From assembly GCF_021869535.1 (NCBI RefSeq), contig NW_026262582.1, positions 69,688,001 to 69,752,000 on the forward strand: a DNA stretch of 64,000 bases, given 5' to 3'. A program made the translations under genes and the position numbers. Positions 24,209-36,201 of the stretch are shown here, piece by piece. How positions within the stretch are numbered: the stretch's first letter is position 1; each line of letters opens with the position of its first letter. The stretch comes from Mytilus californianus. Taxonomy: Eukaryota. The notes beneath the pieces are model-generated. The model saw nothing but the letters and a program-made list of their open reading frames with translations, made no database searches and was not told the origin of the DNA.

Positions 24209-26689
24209 ATTTTTACAAACAACAAACGATAATTTTCCCAAGAGACTATATACCAGGTTTTATTGCAATATTGCTTTTCTTGTTAACATCGTAGAGGACC
24301 CTTGTACTTTGGGACATACAGATGTCGTTTAAAAAATTGGGAATATTTGAAATAAAGGTATTGATAAACATAAAAAGAAATGACCGAACTTCTCTATTTA
24401 AAAAATACTTGTTTAATATTTTTCAGTTTTATATGATTGATTGACAGATTGATTGTTGTTTGCTTAACGTCATTTTAAATTTCAATCTCCCGAAACAAGT
24501 GTCCTCACTTACAAAGCAGAAGCACAACAAAAAATTAAAACAACAAAAAGACCACAAAAAATAATAAAAAAAAATAAAAATAAAAAAAAAACGTTCTTAA
24601 CTGTTGTAGTGCTCAAAGACAATTAAAAAATACACGCACACACACGAAAACAAAACCGTTAGAAAAACAACAAAACCAACTGGTGAGATGAGGTTAACAG
24701 AAAAGTACCTATAACATTTCTTAACTTAGTTTGTTAACTTCGGTAATCCCGCTGATTAAACGATTTGAATCAACAATAATAACTTGTTTTTTTTTAAAGA
24801 TAACCGGTAATACGTAAAATTTGTTCTTATATACATGACAACACCTACTGTTTCAAGAAAAAAGCTAAAGAAAATTATTGCACTACTATTTAAAATGTTA
24901 ATCATTGCTACAAATATATCAGAACAATATAAATAAGAAGCTGTGGTATGAGTGCCAATGAGACAACTCTCCATCCAAGGTCTGGAAAAACTGCATAGTT
25001 ACGCAAAGATTCTAAAGCTATTTCCATACACAAATTTTCACAATGCTCCGAAATCTTCTAAATATATTAATACATGTATAGCATGTTGCGGAATAATTTA
25101 CATTTGTACATATAAAAATTAGATGATGATGTATGATTACCAATGAGAAAACTCTTCACCAGAGACCGATACCCTGGTTATAAAAACTTACTTTCGCTGC
25201 ATGTGGATATGTTTGCTAAATAAGACGAAAAAGTGCTTTGAATACTAGTACACAATTTTGATAGTGGTATCTATATAATGTTAATAGTGGTAAATATATG
25301 ATGAGTTTATATATTTAGATCTACACAATCCTTAATTTTTTTTTTCAATTTGCTGTGTTTGTTTATCCTTTAACCTTATATTTTTCATCAAGAAAATTCA
25401 CTTTTGAGGTAGAGAATTTATAGGTATTGTTACTTACATATAAAATTATACACCACAGACCTTTACGAATTCACCAGCTATAACTTTTCAGATTTAAGCT
25501 ACACAAAGCGAGGAGTTTCTCTGATGGAGCAAGTATATGGAAAAAGGTAGAGTTGGGTGATATGTCAATGTGACAGCAACCCCACAGAAAAAATAACAAA
25601 AAGACATCAAAAGGTAACATACAGTCTTCAACGGTAGGACATGTGTCTTCACAATATGTCTTAATTGTTATTGTAGTGGTTATGGCACTGCCTTATTTTC
25701 CCCTGCTTCCTAGACCCGCTTCCGCCTATGAACATTTCTTCCCGAGGTAGAAGGCAGGCACATTTTCTCCCTGCCTGTCAGAGAACCGCACTCCGCCTAT
25801 GAGGGCATTTGAATGTTTGAAAATAGACTTTTGACATCTTCATTTCTTCATAGATATAAGAAGATGTGGTATGAGTGCCAATGAGACAACTCTCCATCCA
25901 AGTCAAAATTTATAAAAGTAAACCATTATAGGTCAAAGTACGGTCTTCAACACGGAGCCTTGGCTCACACCGAACAGCAAGCTATAAAGGGCCCCAAAAA
26001 TTACTAGTGTAAAACCATTCAAACGGGAAAACCAACGGTTTAATCTATATAAAAAACGAGAAACGAGAAACACTTATGAACCACATCAACAAACGACAAC
26101 TACTGAACATCAGATTCCTGACTTAGGACAGGTGCAAACAATTTCAGCGGGTTTAAACGTTTTAATGTTACCAAACATTCACCCTTATCTGAAACAATAG
26201 TGCAACATCACAACATAGAAAGACACACTATAAAATATCAATTGAAATAGCTTAACTCAATCAAAAGACATATTAACACCAGTGAACATACACTGAACAA
26301 ATAAATTTGATCTATGATACAATGTAAATACAAAAATAAATAAACTAAGGGAAGAATAATAAAAGTAACATGTTATACCGCTGTGAAATGTTAAACAATT
26401 TAAGAAAAACAATATGTTTGAACAAAAATATCAGCCATTTGCAATTACTTAAAACACAGGTAAATGAAAAATAATTTAGATGTTAGGTATACGTGTACAG
26501 TTCAAATAAAGAAAGGAAATATTTTTAATAAAAAAATAATTTTGATGTTCATAGTACGAAGAAGTGAAAATTTATAGTGATACCAAACACTTATCAAAGC
26601 TGGTATATAGACCGTATTTGTATAAAACATTTGTTCTTTTGTATGGGAGAAAAACTCTTATAGTCACTTTTGACCTAAACTTATTTTGT

Positions 26690-27060
26690 ACCGCCTCGGT
26701 GGTCTCGTGGTCGTGTGTTCGCCTCGATTAATAAAGATAAAAAAAATGTGTGTTCGCCTCGAGTGCGTGAGGTCGTGGGTTCAAACCCCGGTAGGGTCAA
26801 ACCAAAGACTTTAAAATTGGTATTTGCTGCTTCTCCGCTAAGCACGCGGCAATAAGGAGTAACAGCAGAGACTGGTCGGTTCGGAGTCAGAATAATGTGT
26901 CCGGGTAGAGTTACATGTCTTTCTGTGGACTGTAACCTATAGTACGTCAAATAACCGGCTCAGTGTGTCGGTCCAGTACACAGCAGGGTTTATATTTATA
27001 TGTTCTCATCCGGAATATACATTTAATTTGCCGCTGGATGATAAACAGCTATCCATCATA
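26690..27060 (+). mobile_element. tRNA-derived SINE (Meta-domain-like)
   Basis: A-box-like GGTGGTCTCGTGG and B-box GGTTCAAACCC, followed by GGTCAAACCAAAGACTTTAAAATTGGTATTTGCTGCTTCTCCGCTAAGCACGC. A reverse fragment lies at ~46930-47000. Confidence 0.8.
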
Positions 27061-27065
27061 ATCTT

Positions 27066-27290
27066 TGAGCCTCCTCATGGGGTTTTTGATTATGTGATTA
27101 CTTGGCCGTTTTTATAGTGATTATTTGATTACCAGACCAAATATTTCATGATTATTTGATTATTTGATAATCTAGGACTATATTTATGATTATTTTATTA
27201 TCTTGTTTAAAAAAATAATTAATGATTATGTGATTATATTGGCAAAAAATTGTGATTATGTGATTACTTGAACACCCCCATGAGGGGCCT
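27066..27290. mobile_element. Small MITE-like element with CCTCATGGGG/CCCCATGAGG ends and internal GATTAT(GT) repeats
   Basis: 10-bp inverted termini and about 8 internal GATTA(T) motifs. Confidence 0.55.
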
Positions 27291-28641
27291 CATCTTTCTT
27301 CTTTTGGTTATCGGGTTAATATCTTACACCTCTATCAATGTATAATTCTGTTTTGACGAAATAGTTGATATGCTTTAAACGTTCAATACTAAAATGAAGA
27401 AGGTCCACAAAAAATCTAAATCGCATTTGAAACCATCCCCCTTTATACTCAAATCTTTGAATTTAAAATTTTGAAATAATGAATCGACGATAGTTATATT
27501 TTCGTTAGATACACATATTGTGTATTCGTTTGTGACAACATTTCACTGATATCTTATTTCAAGTTGAAAGGACTTGAAGTCTTTTTGTTTATTGTTTAAA
27601 ATTTATTGGTGCATTAGTTTAATTCAAATAAACAACTATTGATTTGTTTTAAAGAATGTGGGTTGAAACAAGTTTATAACTTTTCATGCATTTATACCAA
27701 ATATAAATTTGACTTTAAAAGCTTTAAGATTGTGTGCAACGGCATTTGTGAGGTTCGTATATAACTTTTTAATTTTGTTGTTGAACTGATTTCGTCATTT
27801 TACATAATTGCATCTGCATTATTTTTTATAAAGGACTAAAAACTAAACGATTTTCCCTCAGCATTTTTTCACGGGCGGTTGGGGCATGGACTCTCTTTTC
27901 GCCTTTTCTTTTTGTATTTAAAACTCAAAATTAAAATTTCTTTATAATAATTCAACTTATTTCCATTAAAGAAAATTTAAGAAATATTCCAAAACACAAT
28001 AGAAATAATAGAAAAGGGGGGTGGTGGTCCATGTTCCCAAATTTAACAAATATCAAGTGATGAATGAAAGTGCATAAACTTCATCATCTTTGCACTTAAA
28101 GTCGACGGCGCTCGGGACATGTACCACTCTATTAACAATTATTTTTGTTTTGTTACAACAGCCCTATGAGAATAAACGAGGTTGGGAACATTTTTTATAT
28201 TTTATTTTTTATTTATGTGTGTGTGGGTGGGTGGGGTTTGAGTTCGTAATAGTTTATATTGTTGTTGATTTGTCATTGAATATTTATGAGGAAGAACACA
28301 TAAAATATTAACAAACATTAGATAAACTGAAAAAAAAATGTTATAGAAATGATTCATCGGAAGTTCACAATTTCCTATATGCTAACTAATTTTGCTTCTC
28401 TTTCTGCTCAGGCTTTAATGGACCTCTTCATGTTAAATGTTATATATAAGTTAAAATACATGTTTTCCATCACTCTTCTAATTTCACATTAAAAAAAATC
28501 ATATCTGCCGTTTAAAAAACACTGTATAAGAGAATTGATAATGGATATTCCAACTTAATTAGTTTAAAGGAGACTTCATATCTATTACATAAAATAAAAA
28601 TGTTCAATTTTGTATTTATTTCAGAACTTTGATATTTCAAA

Positions 28642-30723
28642 ATGGCTGCTGTTTTGAAAGCGGCGAAAGAACAATTGATTTGCCATCTTTGCAAACAGAT
28701 ATTGGTAGAACCAAAAACTTTGAATTGTATGCACTCGTTTTGTAAAAAATGTATTCAACAATACATGGAACATACGACAAAGGGTCAGAAAAGCCCTGCC
28801 GGATTTCTCTGCCCAGACTGCAATAATGTTATGCCACTAGGACAACTATCAGGTAATACACCCGAGGCGTGGGCGAGTGAACTTCAAACGAATGAAGCGT
28901 TATCTAGTATTCTCAAAGCATTTGAAAATTCAGGTGAAGAAATTGCAATGAAATGTGCATTTCACGCAGAGAAAGAAGTTGAATTTTATTGTGAGGATCA
29001 TGAAATGCTACTTTGCTCATTGTGTGCTACGTTAACACACAAGCCATGTACCGACGTTGTCACTATTCCTGTAGCTGCTGCGCGACGAAAAGCAGATGGC
29101 GGGAAGTTTATTAACTTCCTTTCGGAACAAATAACAATGACCGAGAAAATTTTAAGTGATAGAAAAGAACAGCTGATTACTCTTGACAAATCTGAAACCG
29201 AAATAAAAAATCAGTTGACCCAGATAAAGAAACGTATGATTGATTATCTTGATTCAATGGAAAGTAAAATTATACAGGAAATGACGCAGCGGAAGATGAA
29301 AGAAATGCATGCGTTAAAATCTGACCTTGACATTTGTAATGGAATACTTGTCGATGCTACATCATCCCTGAAAACCATTCAAAATTCGATTGATAAGGAT
29401 ACACCAGCTGGCTTCATTATTCGATTTAAAGACCAAGTGCAAATGTTTGACGAGAGACAAACTAGACTAGTAAGACACGTTCAAACGCTGAAGAATGTGA
29501 AGCTAACATTTCTCCCTAATCGACCGCTCGAACAAGCTGTGGTACAAGGAAAACATATCGGTAGTTTGAATACAGAAAATTTTCCAAGTCGCTTATCCCA
29601 GGTTTATGCGAAAGCTGCTCCGATTGAAACACAACGGCCTACACTTACCAGACAGGGAACGAGCAAGGCACGACCATATTCTGGTGTTTCCTCTGCGGCC
29701 CCTACACCACGCTCGGTCCGGAGTACTACAGACATGCCGTCTTTCCGGAAACCAAACGTTCCCCGTCAGATCCGTTCTCGGGGACCTAGAGAATATTCTA
29801 AACAAGAGAATGAAACAAAGTCTGTCATTTCTGATGTCTCTTCGCGAATTTCTGAGAAACCAGCTAATGACCTGACGCAGTCAAAGGCCATGGAACTCTC
29901 CTCTGTAGATGGAAAAACAATTACTGCTAAGTTCAAGAGCGACTTCATCGCTTCAGTACCTGATCAAAAGGAATGTTCATTAGAAGGCGCAGCCATTTTG
30001 AAATCTGGTCACGTGGTTTTGTCCGATTCATATCACAGTTCTCTTAAACTGTTCGATCCTAAATTTGCATATATTGGGTTGATAAAGTTTGCCACATCAC
30101 CAGGCGATGTGTGCGCAGTCGGTGATAGCGAAGTGATCGTCTGCTTACCAGACACAATGCGTCTGAAACATGAAAAAATTGAGAACAATAAAATAGTACC
30201 AGGCGAAGTCCTTACGGTCGGTGACAAGTGTCATTCAGTAGGCTATAATAACGGAACTCTCGCTTGTTGTTCTGGTCGTACCATTCACGTGTTTGCTCGT
30301 GACAACCATTCATGGCTCCGAGTCTCTACAACGCCAATGGACGCAGATAATCTGATGTATATTGCTGTCGATCCGAATGGTGAAAGAATTGTTGTAACTA
30401 GAAACGGATATCCGAACCGCCCGGTTGTCTGTCTTACGAAAAATGGCCAGAAAGTATGGAGTTACACTCACGAGGAACTTCGTCTGCCACGAGGTGTCGC
30501 TTTTCTCGGACAGAACGTACTAATCGTTTCGTGGGACCAGCAGAAGGTAATCCAGCTCAATAGAGAAGGGCATCTCGAGGGCGTCGTTCTTCAGCAAGGC
30601 GTCCAGTGGCCATGGAAACTGGCAATTAGTCCAAAAGGAGATAAACTGATGCTTACACAATGCTATTATAGACTTCCGTTCAAGGACAAAAACTGCGTAA
30701 AGGTCTACAAGGTTATCCGATGA
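28642..30723 (+). CDS. TRIM-like E3 ubiquitin ligase: RING, B-box2, coiled coil, S/R/P-rich linker, NHL-like propeller (693 aa, single coding exon)
   Basis: RING CHLCKQILVEPKTLNCMHSFCKKC...CPDC; B-box CAFHAEKEVEFYCEDHEMLLCSLCATLTHKPC; C-terminal blades align with the gene at 4719-6734 (PRGVAF..VSWD..WPWKLAIS). Acceptor TTTCAG ends at 28624; AATAAA at 30830. Confidence 0.93.
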   Translation: MAAVLKAAKEQLICHLCKQILVEPKTLNCMHSFCKKCIQQYMEHTTKGQKSPAGFLCPDCNNVMPLGQLSGNTPEAWASELQTNEALSSILKAFENSGEEIAMKCAFHAEKEVEFYCEDHEMLLCSLCATLTHKPCTDVVTIPVAAARRKADGGKFINFLSEQITMTEKILSDRKEQLITLDKSETEIKNQLTQIKKRMIDYLDSMESKIIQEMTQRKMKEMHALKSDLDICNGILVDATSSLKTIQNSIDKDTPAGFIIRFKDQVQMFDERQTRLVRHVQTLKNVKLTFLPNRPLEQAVVQGKHIGSLNTENFPSRLSQVYAKAAPIETQRPTLTRQGTSKARPYSGVSSAAPTPRSVRSTTDMPSFRKPNVPRQIRSRGPREYSKQENETKSVISDVSSRISEKPANDLTQSKAMELSSVDGKTITAKFKSDFIASVPDQKECSLEGAAILKSGHVVLSDSYHSSLKLFDPKFAYIGLIKFATSPGDVCAVGDSEVIVCLPDTMRLKHEKIENNKIVPGEVLTVGDKCHSVGYNNGTLACCSGRTIHVFARDNHSWLRVSTTPMDADNLMYIAVDPNGERIVVTRNGYPNRPVVCLTKNGQKVWSYTHEELRLPRGVAFLGQNVLIVSWDQQKVIQLNREGHLEGVVLQQGVQWPWKLAISPKGDKLMLTQCYYRLPFKDKNCVKVYKVIR

Positions 30724-30928
30724 TAAGTCAGGGGGACCACACAATGTCTGCTAGAAATTCTAATTTAAAGTGTTTGAATTGGTTATTTGGATAGAAAAGT
30801 CAAGAGTTATTTAATTTATATATTTAGTAAATAAAATATTAAAGAATAATATAGGGTTGAGTTAATGTTGTACCCAAAATATAAGTCAGTAATTGACACA
30901 CTAGTTCACAAATTTTACAGATTTCTGT

Positions 30929-30954
30929 TGTGTGTGTGTGTGTGTGTGTGTGTG
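30929..30954. repeat. (TG)13 microsatellite
   Basis: Read directly. Confidence 0.95.
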
Positions 30955-31226
30955 ATACGACTAATAAACAACGCTATTTCTTTATTAATATACCACTAGA
31001 TTGACAACCACACTTATATCTACTTGTATTTTATTTATTTATTTTGACAACCCTCGGTATCCAATTAAGGGATCTCTACCAGTTAGAAAATTAAGAGGCG
31101 TTGGTTCAGCGGTTCTTTATTTATTTCTTAATAAAAAGAATTTTAATCTTAACTCATGATTTTGTACACTAAGGTTTTTTTAACACTGTGTATATATTTC
31201 CTTAGCCGTACTTACACAACAATCGA

Positions 31227-31257
31227 GCGCCACTGATGAGTCCATTGTAGATGAAAC
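31227..31257 (+). ncRNA. Truncated hammerhead-like remnant
   Basis: GCGCCA-CTGATGA-G TCCATTGTAGA T-GAAA-C. The stem III and stem I partner strands are missing downstream. Confidence 0.45.
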
Positions 31258-32118
31258 TGTATCGGGTTAACAGACAAGATAATAATGGGTAAAAAATAAT
31301 GAGAAGAACTTGCTGCTTAATTATAAGGAAAGAGAAAAATGACCAAAAAAAAATAAAAATAAATAATCTAGAAAAAGGCATACATTTTTGTACAAAAATA
31401 TGAATGGATAAATGAAGACTCCCCCCTCCCCCATCCCAACCCAAACCAAACCATCATAATTTAAAAGTAAGACCTCTGTAAAAAGCGATTGTTACTCGGA
31501 TGCTCCGGAGGGTAAAAAAAGTCTTGTAAAATTAGTCAGATAATTCCTGGTTTAGCAACTTGATATGATTCAAATTCAGACCCTTTGTCCATGCTCGCTT
31601 TCAAGGTAGGGCACAGCAATTTTCAGTCAAGTTTCAAGACAAAGTTTAATCTCAAAACGCTATATAATTTCAAAACGTGATTAAAGGTATTTTGATATTG
31701 GAGATGCGTTTATAGTCTATTTTCCTGTTGTTTTGGTTAATCCAGAATTAAACCTTAGCAACATGATACGTTTTAATAACCATTATTGAGAATTATCAAA
31801 AGATGGACGTGTTGGCATACAAATTATAAGAGCTACAAGCGAACAAAAGGTTTCCGACTAGTTTAAACATAGCTTTATGGTAATTAAGTGAATGAACTTT
31901 TAAGCACAGAAAGAAACCCTCATTAATTAAGTAGGTCCTAATGTTTCAGACTTCATAGTGACATATCGAGTCATGGGTAATAGTAATCTTTTCACTTCGA
32001 ATTATTTTGTTTAATTATAACACATGTTGATAGATTTCGAGTTAAAAGGTAAGTGAATAATTGCATAGTTTTAGAAAAAAATCAAGATTTTATTATTATT
32101 TGAATCTACCAGTAATAT

Positions 32119-32216
32119 GTTCTTGTATGGTGTGCAGTAAGACGTTCTGTATGGTGTACAGTAAGACGTTCTTTATGGTGTTCAGTAAGACGTTCTGTAT
32201 GGTGTGCATTAAGACA
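32119..32216. repeat. 24-bp tandem repeat x4 (GTTCTGTATGGTGTGCAGTAAGAC)
   Basis: Read directly. Confidence 0.9.
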
Positions 32217-32733
32217 TTCCTAGCTTTTTTTATTTATTGATATCAGACGATATGAAAAATTGCAAGAAATCGTATTGTGATTTAAAAAAAAACTATTTTT
32301 CAAAGGATTTGAAGGGACAATTTAGTCAAAACAATTGTTGTTTTGTTTCAAAGATTAACCAAAGCGGAATATTGAAATAATAATTCGCTCTTACAAACAG
32401 TTTGGTTCAATTTTGTAAAAATAAGCGGCTAAAAAAAAACAACGCTGATATAGTCCTATCTTGCAAGACTATAATTCGACCTTATTTTTATCCGTATGAA
32501 TGCTACCTTTGATTTGATCCTGAGGTTGAACTGGATTGCTTATGTGCTCAAAATGTTCAGTTATTGAACAGAAAAATATTGTCAAAATGAAAGTGAAACA
32601 AGGGAGCCGCCAGGAAGAATCATTTCGATGACAGATTGGGCGCACAAAAAATTATTCTGCATGTGCAAGTAAATCGAAGATTTACACATTTTTGTTATAT
32701 ATGACATGATATCAAACAGTCCTAGAAAATTAA

Positions 32734-32866
32734 GAAATAATTCCTTCATGTCATGCTCTATGCTCATTTTAACATGGGAAGGCATTATATTTGTCGATAT
32801 TTTACACTGAGCGTTAGCCTACCCATGTTAAAATGAGCATAGAGCATGACACGAAGGAATTATTTC
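32734..32866. repeat. Fold-back hairpin, 50-bp arms (2 mismatches), 33-nt loop
   Basis: 32734-32783 vs the reverse complement of 32817-32866. Confidence 0.95.
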
Positions 32867-34136
32867 GATTCTAATAGGACAAATACAACATTTTTATAGG
32901 TCAAAGAGTACGAAAATACCGTAGGAATGATTGGCTATTCTCGCTTCCTCCCCATGAATTATGCACATTACATTTTCATATTTAATAAGTTTAAAAACTA
33001 ATATAAATATATGATGTTTTAATAACAATATATAATAAAAGTTTTGTGCGCATGTGTCAAACATATTTTGTGCTAATAAGAACACGGCTTTGTTTACAAA
33101 GCGTTATGAGGACGTCATATTAGAAACGTCATTATATACTATTGCATGATCTTGTCTGACTATTTATTATATGCATATTTTTATATACAATAAACAATAA
33201 TACAGAAAAGCACTTAAATATAAAATACCGATATTTTAAGCTACTGGTTGTGAAATAATTGACACGTTTTGCAGGGAAACGAGCATTAATAACTGAATTG
33301 AAAGAAAAACTATATATTAGAAAAATCAACTATATAAAAAGAAGATGTGGTATGATTGCCAATGAGACAACTCTTCACAAGAGACCAAATGACACAGAAA
33401 TAATCAAATTAACAACTATAGGTAATCGTATGGCCTTCAACAATGAGCAAAGCTATACCGCATATTCAGCTATAAAAGGCCCCGAAATGACAGATGTAAA
33501 ACAATTCAAACGAGAAAACTAAAGGCGTATATGCATTGTTTTATCAAATTAAATTTCTAAGTTATTTCCAAGTTATAAGACTTAAGTTTTAAGTTTTTTT
33601 TAATCATTATTGAAAAATTTATCAAATAAGATAAAATCGCCAATTTGGTTCATTTGAATGAAAAGTCTTAAAAAGTGCATTCCGATGTCAAAATGTGTTT
33701 ATTTCAATAAAAATCTAGAACGATCGTGTTCTGCTTTGTTATGATCCAAGATGGCGGAAGACCTTTATACGACCGGAACTTGCTTCTAAGTACATTGCGT
33801 TTATTTTTGTAATGGAAGCTTCTGTATGTCTCAACATTTATAAAAAGATATTTCAACATATTAAACGCACTCGTCTAAATTCGGGCCGATTCCATTCTTA
33901 CGGATTTAACCGAAGATTGCCGCTTGGTATAAAACGGTGGTAACTCACGATATTGGTTACCAAATGTTTCGTACCCGAACTCTCGTGTTGTTAATTATAA
34001 ATATATACTAGTATATCAAGTGTTAAATTTATCTTTCTAATTTCTTTCTTTCTATGACAACCATACAGGACAAACAGGAAAACCTTTCATGTGTAATTAA
34101 GTATGACGAAATATGAACCGACGTGGACCGGTGTGA

Positions 34137-36201
34137 TCACGTTTCTCCAACATTTAATATTTATATATACAGGTAAAGAATTTCTTGTTGGAGAAACGTG
34201 TTTTTTTGACATTAGGGATTAAGGGAATGTACCTTAATTTGAGTTACAGTAAATCCCGCTCAAATGAACTTTTTGATAATATATTAGTAATACCAAATGA
34301 AAAAGTCAAAATTATAAAAATATATATATTTATTGTATCAAAGAGCATTAATATCATACAAACAACAGAAGATTTTTTTTGATAAACAATATAAGCACTA
34401 ATAGACAAATACTTTAGAAAATCTTGAAACGCTTTGAGTTGAGGGAAAATAATAGCATGATGCATCCAAATGAACTATCTAACAAAATAATAGTAATACC
34501 AAATGAAGGTCAAAATTAGAAAATTATATATATTTATTGTATCAAAGAGCACTAATATCATACAAAAAACAGAACCATTGATAAACAATATAAGCCTTAA
34601 TAGACAAATATTCAACCAGCTATGCACAATACTTTACAAACATATTGAGTATACAATACACTTCACACTACTGCCGAATTTCCATGTGGAGGAGGAAGGT
34701 TGCTTGGTCAGCGTAGTCCTGGACGGTAAGTTCACCTTGAAGAAAGCGTTCCTTCAGTGTTGATAGTCACTCTGTTGTTGATATTTCTGTATTTCATAGT
34801 TGTTGGTCGCTGAGTCCCGCCTGCTGCTACTTGGATCTGGTTGGCTTCTGTGTTGGCTTGTGTCTTCTTTAGGTTTTCAATCAGGATGTAGATGTTTGGA
34901 TGCGCATGGTTGACGTGCTTCTTGAGTTTGCTGTGCCATCCCTCTAAGTGGTTGTTGTTGCGTGGTCTTTCGTTGCTGAAATGGTTTCAGTGTTGGCGGT
35001 TGTTTCCTTCTACCCAGTACTCTGTGACATAGTCGGCGAAAGCGGTTGTGTCGATGGCGATCTCTTCAGCGTCTTCTAGTGCTGTAAACTATACATCTTC
35101 AACTAGCTCTGGTGGGACAAGGGGTAACACTGCTGCACGTCTTACTAGTAGTCGTAGGTCTTCGTTGTCTTTGTAAGCGATGGCGAGTCCAAGATTATGT
35201 GTCTTCCTCCATATCCAGTGAAGAATATATGTGGTGCTAGTTGGAGGTGGTGTTGTTGACAAGCAGTCTTTAGTAAGTTGAATAAACGGTCGTATGTCTG
35301 TTCACTTTTATTGGGTAGTAAACTGAAGACGAGTGGGTCATGACTTCATCGACCATTGCGTGTAGTGTGTAGAGTTGAAAAAATGGGTTGGAGATGTTTA
35401 GATGGTGCCATCTCCATAAATGACGTCTGCTGCTACAAGGTTGGTGAGATTGCGAGTGGTGGTAAACATCAGGATTTTTTCTGCATTGCCATCGTCTGCG
35501 AATAGGAACTGTTCCCTCGTCGTTGTCTGTGTCCATTTTCCTTCAAGGTTAACACCTATACGGGTGATCGGTAACAATAGGGTTTCTTTACTGCGGGCTC
35601 TGTAAAGTGACATGCGTTTCTTGTAATACGTAGGCAGTTTGGCGATGACATCATAATGATCTGGATTGACTTCCATATACTCTAAGCTGCGTAACTTTGC
35701 CCTTTTCTCCTCGTAAATTGTTGGTATCGGTGTGGTTTCTTTCACACAGCGTTCTCTTATTATGTTCAGTACTGCCTCAGCTTTCACCCTGATAGTACTT
35801 GGTGGGTAAGAATGGTGGTTTGCATTTTTGGTGATGGTGTCGTAATGCGTGTTAATTGTAGCTGGACATAACGGTACGATGCATTTCCAATAACGCCTGT
35901 CATCTCTTGCAGTCTTTACCATATCCATGTACTGGTAACCATTTTGCTCTAGTCGAACTCTATACCAAACTTGTTGGGTACAAAATTAACGGCAAGCATA
36001 GCGTAGTATTATGTATACAAACGTACGTGTTGTCGATATGAAAAACTATGAATTCAATTTATATTATAAATCATAAACAGGTTTCACTATACCTTCCCAA
36101 AAACAACAATTTTAATTGTCATATAAACACCAAGCCCATCTATTGTTTGAAACTTGTTGGATAAACGTGAGTTGGATTTTTCAAATGTTGGAGAACCGTG
36201 A
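34137..36201. mobile_element. MULE element extent defined by inverted (sub)terminal motifs
   Basis: TCACGTTTCTCCAACATTT (34137-34155) vs AAATGTTGGAGAACCGTGA (36183-36201), 1 mismatch. Extra GTTGGA(G/T)AAACGTG copies on both sides. No TSD identified. Confidence 0.6.
34668..35999 (-). pseudogene. Decayed MULE (Mutator-like) transposase with N-terminal FLYWCH-type finger
   Basis: Minus-strand translation across frameshifts: MLAVNFVPNKFG..NGYQY..YWKC....CPA..H; VIYGDGT; FFQLYTLHAMV; WIWRK..NLGL; RRAAVLPLVP; FADYVTEYWV; RNNNHLEGWHSKLKK..HPNIYILIE; LKERFLQGELTVQDY. Contains in-frame stops and an apparent internal deletion. Confidence 0.88.

Noticed and set aside
26690-26800. tRNA genes (A/B boxes at 26700-26790, 40665-40690, 48150-48185, 50383-50652)
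   Set aside because: No acceptor stem or cloverleaf; these are SINE heads or isolated boxes.
4733-30744. Short antisense and alternate-frame ORFs overlapping the TRIM genes
   Set aside because: They are shadows of the real coding frames and have no motifs or independent signals.
32586-32599. ISRE/IRF-like AATGAAAGTGAAAC (and a weaker AGAACTGAAAGT at ~16536)
   Set aside because: Such motifs are expected by chance in 64 kb of AT-rich DNA, and this one lies downstream of, not at, a defined promoter.
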